Source: Nitrospirota bacterium (lineage in GTDB: Bacteria > Nitrospirota > UBA9217). Taken from it: a DNA stretch of 64,000 nt. Under the pieces are notes generated by a model, which saw nothing but the letters and a program-made list of their open reading frames with translations, was not told the DNA's origin and did not search any database. The stretch is from contig CAVTRN010000001.1 of the NCBI GenBank assembly GCA_963737155.1, positions 736,001 to 800,000 of the forward strand, in the 5' to 3' direction. The translations under genes and the position numbers were made by a program. The first letter of the stretch is position 1; each line of letters begins with the position of its first letter. Positions 18,701-28,251 of this stretch are shown piece by piece.

Positions 18701-19730
18701 TATCGTTCTTTCGCATCGAACGCTGCAGTCCGAACGCAAACCAGTCTTGCACGAAGACATGCGCGTTCTCCGCGATATCTGGGAAGAGACCGGCCACCAC
18801 CTTGATCTCAAGCAGCGGAATCCCGCGAATATACGCGAAGAGCGGGAAAATATCTATGACAGAAAAGGCCCGTCCTTTATCATACCCTTCACACCGTCAA
18901 AGACAGCCAATGGTTTCCTCTGCAGCACATCCAAACCGAAAGTGGCAGTTATCCGTGAAGAGGGGAGCAATGGTGACCGGGAGATGACCTCGGCATTCTA
19001 CCTGGCGGGATTCGAACCTTGGGACGTAACCATAACCGACCTTCTTGAAGGCCGCATCACGCTCGATGAATTCCGCGGCGTTGTCTTTGTCGGCGGTTTC
19101 AGTTATGCCGATGTTCTTGATTCCGCAAAAGGCTGGGCCGCATCCATCCGTTTCAACAAAAAAGTCTGGAACCAGTTCGAGACTTTCTATCACCGTTCGG
19201 ATACTTTCAGCCTCGGCGTGTGCAACGGCTGCCAGCTCATGGCGCTCCTCGGCTGGGTACCTTGGCGTGGCATCGCCGACGAGCATCAGCCGCGTTTCAT
19301 CCACAACAAATCTGGCAGGTTCGAATCGCGCTTCTCGACAGTAAAAATACTACCAAGTCCTGCCCTCATGTTCAAAGGCATGGAGAATTCTGTGCTCGGC
19401 ATCTGGGTTGCTCACGGAGAAGGTCTTGCGTACTTCCCTGATAAGCATATGTACAATGAGTGCGAACAGGGACTCGCTCCGGTTCGCTATGTCGATGACG
19501 AAACAAGAATCACTGAAGCCTATCCGTTCAATCCCAACGGCTCGCCTGCAGGAATTGCCAGCCTTTGCTCCCCCGACGGCCGTCATCTCGCAATGATGCC
19601 ACATCCCGAGCGCGCCGTGCTCACCTGGCAATGGGGCTGGATGCCCGAGGATCTCAAGAAATCTCTCGAAGCATCCCCTTGGCTCAGGATGTTCCAGAAC
19701 GCACGCCAGTGGTGCGAGAGGATTACTTGA
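15774..19730 (+). CDS. purL: Phosphoribosylformylglycinamidine synthase, large single-chain form
   Basis: 1318 aa; SNSEHSRHWFF, AETHNFP, IHDQGAGG, GGKDSLSM; glutaminase GVCNGCQ and MPHPER motifs. Confidence 0.97.
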   Translation: MTILRLYRTPALSPFQTADLLASAQQKVSPAITSIDSEFCFNIAADHTLSPDELCLLRWLLAETFEPEKFSSSSFLNPNLERQTLNCLFEVGPRMNFTTAWSTNAVSVCHACGLVKITRIERSRRYRLNLSRQNALTKNQARIFLALVHDRMTECPYLEPIKTFETGIKPEPVRIVPLLEKGRPALEKINREMGLGLDDWDLDYYMNLFVKDIGRNPTNVECFDLSQSNSEHSRHWFFRGKLIIDGREVPETLMMIVKATYEANRNNSIIAFSDNSSAISGYFITTIIPEAIGEPSAFHEAKRKYHIIFTAETHNFPSGVAPFPGAETGTGGRIRDVQATGIGGLVVAGTAAYCVGNLRIPGYDLPWEDASYSYPNNLASPLQIEVEASNGASDYGNKFGEPVIQGFTRSFGLRLPDGERREWLKPIMFSGGVGQIDSGHAKKTEATKGMLVVKIGGPAYRIGIGGGAASSMIQGENIAELDFNAVQRGDAEMEQKLNRVIRACVELGEKNPIQSIHDQGAGGNCNVVKEIVYPAGAKIQIRKIQVNDNTMSVLEIWGAEYQEQNALLLKSEHEDLFKSLCEREKVPVAVIGFVTGDGFIVLYDEFDSSIPENLKLAKVLGDMPQKVFRLDRKRTSLKPLELPKDLTVFQALNRVLRLISVGSKRFLTNKVDRSVTGLIARQQCAGPLQLAVSDVAVIAQSHFGLTGAAISIGEQPIKELIDPAAMARMSVGEALTNIVWAPVSGLSDIRCSANWMWAPKLPGEGSRLYDAAVAMRDVMIEFGMAVDGGKDSLSMAARVTNPDNSSEIVKSPGTLVISAYVTCPDIAKTVTPDLKAPGKSRILFIDLGNSQNRLGGSSLAHVFSQIGDKSPDLDDPQLLIRTFNAVQQLIRDELILAGHDRSDGGLATTLLEMAFSGNCGIEIDLGRQNDAIAALFSEELGLAIEYLPKNENAIFSLLENAAIPYQVIGKTTPEKLIVLSHRTLQSERKPVLHEDMRVLRDIWEETGHHLDLKQRNPANIREERENIYDRKGPSFIIPFTPSKTANGFLCSTSKPKVAVIREEGSNGDREMTSAFYLAGFEPWDVTITDLLEGRITLDEFRGVVFVGGFSYADVLDSAKGWAASIRFNKKVWNQFETFYHRSDTFSLGVCNGCQLMALLGWVPWRGIADEHQPRFIHNKSGRFESRFSTVKILPSPALMFKGMENSVLGIWVAHGEGLAYFPDKHMYNECEQGLAPVRYVDDETRITEAYPFNPNGSPAGIASLCSPDGRHLAMMPHPERAVLTWQWGWMPEDLKKSLEASPWLRMFQNARQWCERIT

Positions 19731-20067
19731 AACTATGCTTGTGACAGCAGACTCGGTGCTGGCTTAACGCCGCTACAATCATATCGAACAACCATGTTGA
19801 CAAAATATGCCGGTGGTTTCGGAGAAAAAACCGTTAACACGGACCCGCTCTCTTCCTTCCAAGTAAAAAAACGTATCTATTATCAGCGCGCTCATCAGGA
19901 GTGCTTAGGCGGGTACTTCGTGTAAAAGAATCTTCTGGATTATGTAGGGTTGGAGGGACTGGTTCAGGAACTTCATATCTAGGCGGGTCGTTCCGACAAC
20001 GTACTCACAGGTCTTGCGCGCAACGCACAGAAAAATCCTGTACGTTTTCTCCTTTCCAGGCGCTTCA

Positions 20068-20823
20068 TTACTCCAATGACACCACAAAGCTGGCGGGATA
20101 TCCGCTCTCGGAAAACGCTTTCTCCGCATCTTCAGCAGACTGCAAGGACGTGTATTTCCCCGCATATACGCGATAAAACTTAGCGCCGTTAACCTCGATC
20201 ATGTGAATCTCTGAAAATCTGAAGCGTTTTTTCATGCTTTCGGATAGCATTTGCGCGTTACCATACTGCCTGAATGATCCAACCTGAACGGTATAGTTGC
20301 CCTCATCATAATTATTCACTGCCATATACTGGTCCGTACCGCTTACGCGGTACCCGAGAGCCTCTATCCGCACCGGCGCCGTTCCGATGGATTCCAGGCC
20401 GAGCTTTTTTGCAGCAGCATAGGAGAGATCTATAACTCTTCCTTTCACGAAGGGACCGCGGTCATTCACCCGAACTACAGTTTCTCGTCCGTTATCCAAA
20501 TTCTTTACTTTCACATATACGCCGAGAGGCAAGGTTTTATGCGCCGCGGTCATGGCATTCATATCGTATTTCTCGCCATTGCTGGTATTTTTACCCTGGA
20601 AATCCGTGCCATACCAGCTGGCAATGCCGGTTTGAACGAAATCGCGATGGTTGGTAAGTGGCTCATAGCGCTGACCGTTAACTGTATAGGGTTTTTGCCA
20701 TGGCGGTGATCCAGGTTTTAATGATTCAGGATATAGCGTTGCACTCGTCTTATTTGTAGCGCAGGCGGTCAAGAGGAGTAAACAGCAGAATAGAGGAAGA
20801 AGCCATTTTTCGATTACAGCCAT
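20068..20823 (-). CDS. rlpA: Septal ring lytic transglycosylase RlpA-family lipoprotein with SPOR domain
   Basis: Lipobox LTAC, GIASWYG, TAAHKTLP, RVNDRGPF..GRVIDLS and C-terminal VQVGSF SPOR motif. Confidence 0.93.
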   Translation of the reverse strand: MAVIEKWLLPLFCCLLLLTACATNKTSATLYPESLKPGSPPWQKPYTVNGQRYEPLTNHRDFVQTGIASWYGTDFQGKNTSNGEKYDMNAMTAAHKTLPLGVYVKVKNLDNGRETVVRVNDRGPFVKGRVIDLSYAAAKKLGLESIGTAPVRIEALGYRVSGTDQYMAVNNYDEGNYTVQVGSFRQYGNAQMLSESMKKRFRFSEIHMIEVNGAKFYRVYAGKYTSLQSAEDAEKAFSESGYPASFVVSLE

Positions 20824-21004
20824 AGTTCTTGCTCTTTTAAAATCCACCGTGTATTATTTATCCCAGTGCGAACATTGGTCGTTACGATCATATAATATCC
20901 ACAGTTAAAACTCGATGCTATAATACAAAGTATCAATCGTGAGAGCAATAAAATAATGCTTCTATTTTTTATAACACAGCTGGCAGCTGTAAGGAGAGGA
21001 CCTG

Positions 21005-21310
21005 GTGATCAAGCATATCGTACTCTGGAAGCTGAAAGATTTTGCTGAAGGCGCTGACAAAATCCGGAACGCACAAATCGTAAAGGCAGAACTCGAAGCC
21101 CTGAAAAACAAGATCCCCCAGATCACACATCTCGAAGTGGGAATTAATTTCATCCCCTCCGAAAACGCCTACGATGTCTCGCTCTATTCCGCGTTTGAAG
21201 CCGAAAAGGATCTCGAGCTTTACCAGAAACATCCCGAACATGTTAAAGTCGCCTCGCTTATCGCAAAACTCCGGGAGAGCAGGGTTGTCATTGATTATAA
21301 AGCAGGATGA
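21005..21310 (+). CDS. Dabb-family stress-responsive alpha/beta barrel protein
   Basis: MIKHIVLWKLK...Y..HPEH...VIDY pattern; AGGAGAGG RBS. Confidence 0.88.
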   Translation: MIKHIVLWKLKDFAEGADKIRNAQIVKAELEALKNKIPQITHLEVGINFIPSENAYDVSLYSAFEAEKDLELYQKHPEHVKVASLIAKLRESRVVIDYKAG

Positions 21311-21608
21311 CGAGTCGAGGAATTGAAATGAACAGGAAAATTAAAACCGAAGAACTGACCGCTTCACGAGTATTCTCTTGTTGGCTTTGCCTTGAATCCC
21401 CTCCTCGCGGGCGATATAATATCCCTGCCCTTTATTAAAATCAATACGGACGATAGCTCCTAAATCGTAACCAGGGGAGCGTCATTTTACAGTTGCAGGA
21501 ATTACGAAGAAGCGGTAAAGTAAATATTAAATTGCTTAATAAATTGACAAAAAGTTCATCCATCACATTTTGTCAGCTCATTTCCGGAAAGAATGTAAAG
21601 GAGATTTT

Positions 21609-22037
21609 ATGGCACAAGCAAAACAAGGCGATACGGTAAATGTCCACTACACCGGTCAACTCGACAACGGCACTGTTTTCGACACGTCTCGTAGCCGTCA
21701 TCCGCTACAATTCACCATCGGCAAGGGGCAGGTCATTGCCGGATTTGAACAGGCCGTGGTCGGAATGAAATCCGGCGAATCAAAAACGGTGATAATACCT
21801 GTGGATCAGGCCTACGGCCAGCGCCGACAGGATAAGATCATCACCATGGAACGCAACCAGCTGCCGCCGGACATAAACCCCAACGTAGGCCAGCGGCTTG
21901 AACTTACTCAGATGGACGATCAAAATGTCCTAGTCACGGTTGCAGCCGTAACTGACGCAAACTTGACGCTCGATGCGAATCATCCGCTTGCTGGAAAAGA
22001 TCTTACCTTCCATATCGAACTTATCGGCATCGTTTGA
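21609..22037 (+). CDS. FKBP-type peptidyl-prolyl isomerase (SlyD/SlpA-like, no His-rich tail)
   Basis: VHYTGQLDNGTVFDTS and DANHPLAGKDLTF motifs; AAGGAG RBS. Confidence 0.92.
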   Translation: MAQAKQGDTVNVHYTGQLDNGTVFDTSRSRHPLQFTIGKGQVIAGFEQAVVGMKSGESKTVIIPVDQAYGQRRQDKIITMERNQLPPDINPNVGQRLELTQMDDQNVLVTVAAVTDANLTLDANHPLAGKDLTFHIELIGIV

Positions 22038-22203
22038 CACGCGATCATTTCTTTTTCCTCATTGCACGCCCAAAGGCCTAGCATTTACCAACCACCTTCT
22101 GAACCCCTCTTTGCCAAGATGGGTTCTTTTTCATTGATAATAGTGCTAAAATATATAAAGAAAGTGTTTGTATGTAACTTATCGCTCCTATCCGGAATTA
22201 GTC

Positions 22204-24306
22204 ATGAAACGATTAACCTCTCGTTCGGTGTTTCGAATACCATTCTTTTATCTTATCTTTGGCATCCTATGGATCGCTATTTCGGACCGGGTCCTGGAGA
22301 TGATGGTCGCCGATGTTCATAAACTGACAGTGCTACAGACCTATAAGGGAGGCATTTTCGTCGCCGCCAGCGCCCTTTTTCTGTACCTTATCGTACGGCA
22401 TGAATTCCGGAGCCGCGAAAGAACAGACATGGCTTTGCACGAATCAGAGGAAAGATACCGCTTACTGATGCAGCACGCCAATGACGGTATCGTCATCGCC
22501 GATATCGAAACGGGGAATATCCTCGAGGTGAACCGTAAAATCGAGGAATTCACCGGCCGCTTTGCGAATGAACTCATCGGGAAGAACTTCTCCCTGCTTC
22601 ATCCCGAAAAAGATTCCGACCGGTGCCGGAAACTGCTCGACGACGCTCTCATCAACGGACAGGAGCTCACCGGCGATATCTGTATACTTCACCGCGACGG
22701 TCGTAACCTCCCCGTGGAAATCAGCACGAGTATCGTTACGATGGGCAGCAAAAAAATCGTCCAATGCATCTTCCGCGATATCTCGCGACGCTTGACGGCC
22801 GAAGCGGCGCATCAGAAGGAGAAGGAACGGGCTCTGCTGTACCTAGACATAGCCGGCGTCATTATTGTAGTCATGGATCTGCAGGGGATAGTCAGCCTCA
22901 TCAACAGAAAAGGCAGCGAAATTCTTGGTTTCCCCGAGCGGGAGATTATCGGGAAAAACTGGTTCGATCAATTCGTGCCTTCGCAAGCCCGGATCGATGC
23001 CCGAGCTCTTTACTCCAGACACATCGCGAGAAACCAGGATCAGGAGGAACATTTTGAAAACACGGTTCTCTGCCGGGATGGAGCGGAGCGTTTCATTTCC
23101 TGGAGCATGCTGCTAATCAGGGACGCAACCGGGCAGGTCATCTCATCTCTCAGCTCAGGTGAGGATATAACCGCCCATAAACACGCTGAAGAACAGGCGC
23201 GATACCGCCTCGAGCACCTCACGACACTTCACGCAATCGATATGATAATTAGTTCGAGCCTCGATCTTCGTGTGACCCTGCAGGAGATCCTCGACCTCGT
23301 CATATCCCAGCTTCATGTGGATGCCGCTTCCATACTCCTCCTGAACCCTCATACCCTGCAGCTCGAATACGCCGCAATGCAAGGCTTTCGAGACACAGGC
23401 ATCCGTCACTCGCGAATCAGGCTCGGGGAGGGTATTGCGGGCCGGGCTGCTCTTGAGCACCGGAGCATCGGCGTCACGAATCTTGTCGATGACGACGCCG
23501 GTCTCCTTCGTACACCGCTCATCGCGGCAGAGGGTTTTGTCAGCAATTATGTCGTACCGCTTATCTCCAAGGGACGAGTGCTGGGCGTACTCGATATCCT
23601 TCATCGTTCACCGCTGACCATCGACGAAGAGTGGCGAGGCTTCTTCGAGGCACTTGCGGCGCAGGCTGCCATCGCAATCGATAATGCCACCCTGTTCAAA
23701 GAGCTGCAGCGGTCGAATACAGAACTCGTTCTTGCCTACGATACGACGATTGAAGGCTGGGCTCGAGCGCTTGAACTCCGTGACCAGGAAACCGAGGGCC
23801 ATACGAAGCGGACCACCGAGATGACGCTGCGCCTTGCCCGTTCCATGGGCATCAGCGAGGCAGAGCTGGTGCATGTGCGCCGAGGAGCGCTGCTTCACGA
23901 TATCGGCAAAATGAGCATCCCCGACAGCATTCTGCTCAAGACAGGACCGTTGAGCGACGAAGAATGGCAAGTCATGCGCCTTCATCCCTTGTATGCCTTC
24001 GAACTCCTTTCGCCAATCGTTTACTTGCGGCCAGCGCTTGACATTCCCTACTGCCACCATGAGCGCTGGGATGGTACCGGTTACCCTCGCGGTCTCAAAG
24101 AGGAGCAGATCCCCCTAGCGGCACGAATTTTTTCCCTCATCGATAGCTGGGATGCATTAAATTCGGAGCGACGATATCATGCCGCTTGGCCGGAAGACCG
24201 CATCAAATCGTATATTCGTTCACTCGCCGGCTCACAGTTCGATCCGAAAATCGTCGATCTGTTCTTAAGCAGCGAGCTTAATATCACTGAAAATATTGGC
24301 GCTTAA
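22204..24306 (+). CDS. Membrane-anchored PAS-PAS-GAF-HD-GYP c-di-GMP phosphodiesterase
   Basis: Two N-terminal TM segments, two PAS-like repeats, a GAF domain, then ETEGH, LHDIGK and HHERWDGTGYPRGL motifs. Confidence 0.92.
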   Translation: MKRLTSRSVFRIPFFYLIFGILWIAISDRVLEMMVADVHKLTVLQTYKGGIFVAASALFLYLIVRHEFRSRERTDMALHESEERYRLLMQHANDGIVIADIETGNILEVNRKIEEFTGRFANELIGKNFSLLHPEKDSDRCRKLLDDALINGQELTGDICILHRDGRNLPVEISTSIVTMGSKKIVQCIFRDISRRLTAEAAHQKEKERALLYLDIAGVIIVVMDLQGIVSLINRKGSEILGFPEREIIGKNWFDQFVPSQARIDARALYSRHIARNQDQEEHFENTVLCRDGAERFISWSMLLIRDATGQVISSLSSGEDITAHKHAEEQARYRLEHLTTLHAIDMIISSSLDLRVTLQEILDLVISQLHVDAASILLLNPHTLQLEYAAMQGFRDTGIRHSRIRLGEGIAGRAALEHRSIGVTNLVDDDAGLLRTPLIAAEGFVSNYVVPLISKGRVLGVLDILHRSPLTIDEEWRGFFEALAAQAAIAIDNATLFKELQRSNTELVLAYDTTIEGWARALELRDQETEGHTKRTTEMTLRLARSMGISEAELVHVRRGALLHDIGKMSIPDSILLKTGPLSDEEWQVMRLHPLYAFELLSPIVYLRPALDIPYCHHERWDGTGYPRGLKEEQIPLAARIFSLIDSWDALNSERRYHAAWPEDRIKSYIRSLAGSQFDPKIVDLFLSSELNITENIGA

Positions 24307-25231
24307 AACGGTGTTCTTCTTGCCTCCCGCAAATACTGTTCCTAAAACCATAGCTATAAAGTTCAAGACATAGTTTATTGATGGATGCGCAACAAATTAA
24401 TGGGTACTATCAAGTGCACACCAGCTGCTCCCATAAATCCTCCCAACAGTTGCTCATGATTGTGCATCTAAGGACATTTTCTTAAGCTACTTTTACTGTC
24501 CAATGCATCCCTGACTGTTTCAGTCGCGGTCCTAGGACCGAACGACAACCTTCAAGCAAACCGGAGCCGAAAAAAAGATCGACTTTCTGAATTCAGTTTA
24601 CCGCGTCCGTTCTTTGTTTTTTTCAAATATCCCATCTCTCGATCGCAAATGTCTTCATGGGTACCGGACTGAACTGAAAGTCGTTTGATGGCAATGATAT
24701 CGATTTCCACCTTACCCGCATTCTTCTCAACGCAGCGGTTTTCCGTGCATTGGTACCTCCTGTCTTTCTGCTGCCCAAAACATGTTTGGCGACATTTTCG
24801 TAATGCTTGCAAGCAGGGTACAGATCGACAATCTTCAGCACTTTCAGAAAGTGCTTGTACGCGACAAGCCGTATCCAAATCGCTCCGTAGCTGGTTCCCC
24901 AGCTGTGTGCCTGCATGGCCGGCACGGGAGTGCCGGTGCTCAGGATTGAAACCGAGGGCATGCAGAGCAAGGGAGAAGGCGGTCAGGCAAAAACACGAGA
25001 GGTCAAACCAGGATGTATTTTCACCCATGCGACCATGAAAGACGCCTGATCCGGGATGAAGCGGCCACCAGTTTTACTGGATCGATTGAGACGGCATAGA
25101 CGTTTGATTGGAAGTTCTATAAAAAGGCGATGCAGTGCATCCATTACTCGTTAAGTTCCCGCATTCATACCCATGGCTAAAACCAGAGCTTTCTGCGGAT
25201 GTCTCGTAATCAGAGCAAAAACATACGCGGA

Positions 25232-25269
25232 AAAAGGAAAGGTCGCTCCCTCTTTGTTCTGCGGGAGCG
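25232..25269 (-). terminator. Probable terminator after yidC
   Basis: On the minus strand, a CGCTCCC...GGGAGCG stem followed by a T-rich tract. Confidence 0.55.
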
Positions 25270-25284
25270 GGCATACCTAAAATA

Positions 25285-26985
25285 TCAGGACCGGACCGCA
25301 GCGGCGGACCTGATGCCGAGGTATTTTCTCACATAGAGCTGCTGCGCGATGGAAAGCACGTTGCTTAGGGTAATATAAAGAAGCAGGCCGGCCGGGAGCC
25401 AAGCGAAAAGGAAAATAAACGCTATATTCATGAACATCATGATCTTGGCCTGCTGCGGATCCGGAGTTGTGGAAGTCATCCTCATGGTAAAGATCATGCT
25501 TACACCCATGCACACCGGAAGAATATAGTAGGGATCATACACTGACAGGTCCTTGATCCAGAAGGATATGAAGGGCGTCTGACGGAGCTCTATAGACACG
25601 GACAGCACGTTGTAGAGCGCAACGAAAAACGGCAGCTGCAGCACCATGGGCAGACAGCCTCCCAGAGGATTGACCTTGTGATCCTTGTAAAGCTTCATCA
25701 TCTCCTGGTTCATGCGATTCGGGTCTTTCTTGTACTTTTCCCGGATTGCCGTGAGCTGCGGCTGGATCTTTCTCATTTCCTCCATGGCCTTTGCGCTTTT
25801 CAGGGATGGATAGAACATGATGAGCCTCACCACAAGCGTGAGTAGAATAATAGCAATTCCATAATTCTTTGTGATCGCGTAAAATTTTGTGAGGAGCCAG
25901 AACATTGGCTTGGCGAGAATACCGAACCATCCATAATCAACCATCTGCTCAAGGCCGTGACCTTGGGCCTGCAGGAGCGTAAAGCTCTTCGGTCCGGCAT
26001 ACAAGGTAAATGTTCTCGATTCTAGTTTATCTTTGACGGTCAGGTCCGTCGTGAGCAAATCGCCGATTTCCTTCGGTTCGGCTGTCTTCCGGCAGGTGAC
26101 GATGCCATTCCCCTCTGAAATGATCGTAGCGGTGAAATACTTGTCTTCCTGTCCGAACCAGTCTATTAGGCCCGCGTATTGTGTCTCGCCCTTAATGCTG
26201 TTCAGCTTGTCGGTAATCATTTTACCGTCAACGAGAGAAACAAGGCCCACGCGTCCGTTAGCATCCTTGGTCACCTTGTCAGCAATGCCGAAGTCTGTTC
26301 CGAGAGAAAGGGTATAGCCGTCCACGCCTTTGGTCGTGATCGCGACATCCACTTTGTAGGCATCATTATAAAACGTCAGCTTCTTTTCGATGGAGAGTCC
26401 AGCCGGCCCCGTGAAGGTTAGTACGAGTGTTTCCGACGGCTTGTCTTTTCCGAGCTGCAGGGCGTCATGATCTGCGTGGAACTGAACATTTGACAGCTTA
26501 TACAACTCCTTATCAAGGGGTACCAGGGTAAGCGGCGATACCATGTCTTTCGCGTTCACGCCTTCATAGTCGGGAACGAGTTGAACGTTGCCTAGTTCCT
26601 TTTTCGGTTTTTCTTCCTCCTTCGCAGTGCCCATGATTTTTGCGTATAATGCACCCAGTCCATACGCGGTCTTGTTAGCCTCACGGTAGTGCTTAAGTTC
26701 CCAGTGTGTAATGACTCCTCCGGCAGTATTCACCTCGGCCTTGAGGAGATCCGTTTCCACGACTATGATTTTTCCTTCGACAGCCTGCTCAATTCCTCCT
26801 GCAACGGCCGCAGAATTCATTGTCTTCGTTTCGGGCTGCTCTGTCTTCGCCGTCACGGTTTCCTGCTTGACAGGTCCCGGCACCGTTTGACTCTCTGGCG
26901 GCTTGGGTGCGAAAAAGCGCACGTAGAGGAGAAAAACAACCAAGGACAGAGCAAGGGCTAAAATAAATTTTCGGCTTTCTTCCAT
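25285..26985 (-). CDS. yidC: Membrane protein insertase YidC
   Basis: DYGWF, NYGIAIILLT, VNPLGGCLP and DLS..DPYYILP motifs. Confidence 0.98.
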   Translation of the reverse strand: MEESRKFILALALSLVVFLLYVRFFAPKPPESQTVPGPVKQETVTAKTEQPETKTMNSAAVAGGIEQAVEGKIIVVETDLLKAEVNTAGGVITHWELKHYREANKTAYGLGALYAKIMGTAKEEEKPKKELGNVQLVPDYEGVNAKDMVSPLTLVPLDKELYKLSNVQFHADHDALQLGKDKPSETLVLTFTGPAGLSIEKKLTFYNDAYKVDVAITTKGVDGYTLSLGTDFGIADKVTKDANGRVGLVSLVDGKMITDKLNSIKGETQYAGLIDWFGQEDKYFTATIISEGNGIVTCRKTAEPKEIGDLLTTDLTVKDKLESRTFTLYAGPKSFTLLQAQGHGLEQMVDYGWFGILAKPMFWLLTKFYAITKNYGIAIILLTLVVRLIMFYPSLKSAKAMEEMRKIQPQLTAIREKYKKDPNRMNQEMMKLYKDHKVNPLGGCLPMVLQLPFFVALYNVLSVSIELRQTPFISFWIKDLSVYDPYYILPVCMGVSMIFTMRMTSTTPDPQQAKIMMFMNIAFIFLFAWLPAGLLLYITLSNVLSIAQQLYVRKYLGIRSAAAVRS

Positions 26986-27000
26986 GAATCCTCCGGAACC

Positions 27001-27210
27001 TTATTGAACGGGGTCGTATCCGCCGGGATGAAAGGGGTGACACTTTGCAATCCGAAGGGTTGTCATCCAGATCGCTTTCAAGGTGCTCTTCTTCTCAAAA
27101 GCTTCAAGGGCATACTCAGAGCAGGTCGGCGTGAACCGGCAGGCTTGGGGTAGAAGCGGTGAGATATAACGTCGATACTTCCGGATCAAAGCGATAAATA
27201 TTAGGTTCAC
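27001..27210 (-). CDS. yidD: Membrane protein insertion efficiency factor YidD
   Basis: [10 protein letters not shown] and [12 protein letters not shown] motifs. Confidence 0.97.
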   Translation of the reverse strand: MNLIFIALIRKYRRYISPLLPQACRFTPTCSEYALEAFEKKSTLKAIWMTTLRIAKCHPFHPGGYDPVQ

Positions 27211-27575
27211 GATCTGCTGCCTTCCGAATGCTGTCCGCGAAGTACTGTTCTCTGAAGAACGGTCTCAACGGCAGTCAGGATATTGTTATAATCTTTCGTG
27301 TACAGTTCCCGCCGTGCCACAAAAACCAAGTCATAACCCAGCGAATACCCAGCGAGAACTTTCATTATACTGCTTCGCATCTGGCGTTTAAGTCTGTTTC
27401 TTCTTACTGCATTCGCCAGCTTTTTACTGACGGAGATTCCGACTCTAAAATTATCTTTGTTGTTTCCGCTATAAAAAAGAGAAAGACCGTCGAATGACAG
27501 TCTTTTTCCTTTCATCGTAGAAACAAACTCGGTATTATTCCGCAACCGCTCGCTTTTCTTGTATGCGTACGGCAT
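27207..27575 (-). CDS. rnpA: Ribonuclease P protein component
   Basis: [19 protein letters not shown] (RNR motif); synteny. Confidence 0.95.
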   Translation of the reverse strand: MPYAYKKSERLRNNTEFVSTMKGKRLSFDGLSLFYSGNNKDNFRVGISVSKKLANAVRRNRLKRQMRSSIMKVLAGYSLGYDLVFVARRELYTKDYNNILTAVETVLQRTVLRGQHSEGSRS

Positions 27576-27597
27576 GAGTTGCGTGTCCGCGGAGATA

Positions 27598-27735
27598 CTA
27601 CACCGCGAGTCGCTTTCTTCCCTTGGCCCTTCGGCGATTAATGACTTCTCTTCCGCTTGCCGTGCTCATCCGCTTCCGGAAGCCCTGCGCGCGTTTCTGT
27701 TTGAGATTGCTTTTTTGTGCTGTTGTTTCCGACAT
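27598..27735 (-). CDS. rpmH: 50S ribosomal protein L34 (below the ORF-track size cutoff)
   Basis: Translates to [45 protein letters not shown]; AAGGAG RBS; upstream of rnpA. Confidence 0.95.
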   Translation of the reverse strand: MSETTAQKSNLKQKRAQGFRKRMSTASGREVINRRRAKGRKRLAV

Positions 27736-27775
27736 CGTACCTGCTCCTTCTTTTGGTTATTGTGAACAGGGGGGT

Positions 27776-27803
27776 ATTATAAGCCAAAAAGGAAAGATGT
27801 CAA
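27776..27803 (-). promoter_or_regulatory. Sigma70 promoter of the rpmH-rnpA-yidD-yidC operon
   Basis: TTGACA-16-TATAAT on the minus strand. Confidence 0.75.
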
Positions 27804-27863
27804 GAAAAAATCATAGTGTAAACAGGGTTTTGACTTTGGTGGTTCTTTCTGGTAAATTGCAGC

Positions 27864-28251
27864 GTCGATTCTATCTGCATAGGCGTCGGTGCCGTTACTA
27901 TCAATTCCGATAACAAGGTCTTCCTCGCAAGGCGCGGCATGGAAGCTCGGAACGTGTTGGGCAAATATGAACTTCCCGGCGGGGCCGCTGAGTTCGGTGA
28001 AACCCTAGAGCACGCTCTCCTGCGCGAGGCGAGGGAAGAGTATGGCTTCAAAATCGATGAGCTTCTCGATGTTGTGAATTACTTTACACCCTCTGAAAAG
28101 TAGCCACAGGGTTTCTTCAACGTTCCTAAGCAGAATAAAAAGCGGAACTCCCTCTATCCTTGAGCCGCACAAGTGTGATGAAGTCGAATGGTTTGTGCCG
28201 GATGATATTACGACTGTGCTTCTTACCTTTGCATCGAGGACAATTACCTGA
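27864..28251 (+). pseudogene. NUDIX hydrolase pseudogene
   Basis: Frame reads ...IGVGAV...ELPGGAAEFGETLEHALLREAREEYG (Nudix box) to TAG at 28101, then shifts +1 into HRVSSTF...ILEPHKCDEVEWF. No start codon before the N-terminal segment. Confidence 0.8.

Noticed and set aside
20895-20903. Isolated DnaA-box-like ATATCCACA upstream of rlpA
   Set aside because: A single one-mismatch 9-mer is expected by chance.
21449-21484. Hairpin upstream of the FKBP gene resembling part of a ZTP riboswitch
   Set aside because: It lacks the conserved GACUGGCG and CGCCUGGG elements, and the gene context does not fit.
24866-24898. AGCCGTAT...CGTAGCTGGTTC resembling group II intron domain V
   Set aside because: No GNRA-capped upper stem, no domain VI, and no reverse transcriptase remnant nearby.
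24552-25038. Three overlapping ORFs of 115-158 aa
   Set aside because: No recognisable motifs, and they overlap each other on both strands; none is supportable as a CDS.
27841-27850. GGTTCTTTCT matching the ISL3 terminal sequence next to the NUDIX pseudogene
   Set aside because: Only 10 bp, with no partner IR or TSD, so compatible with chance.
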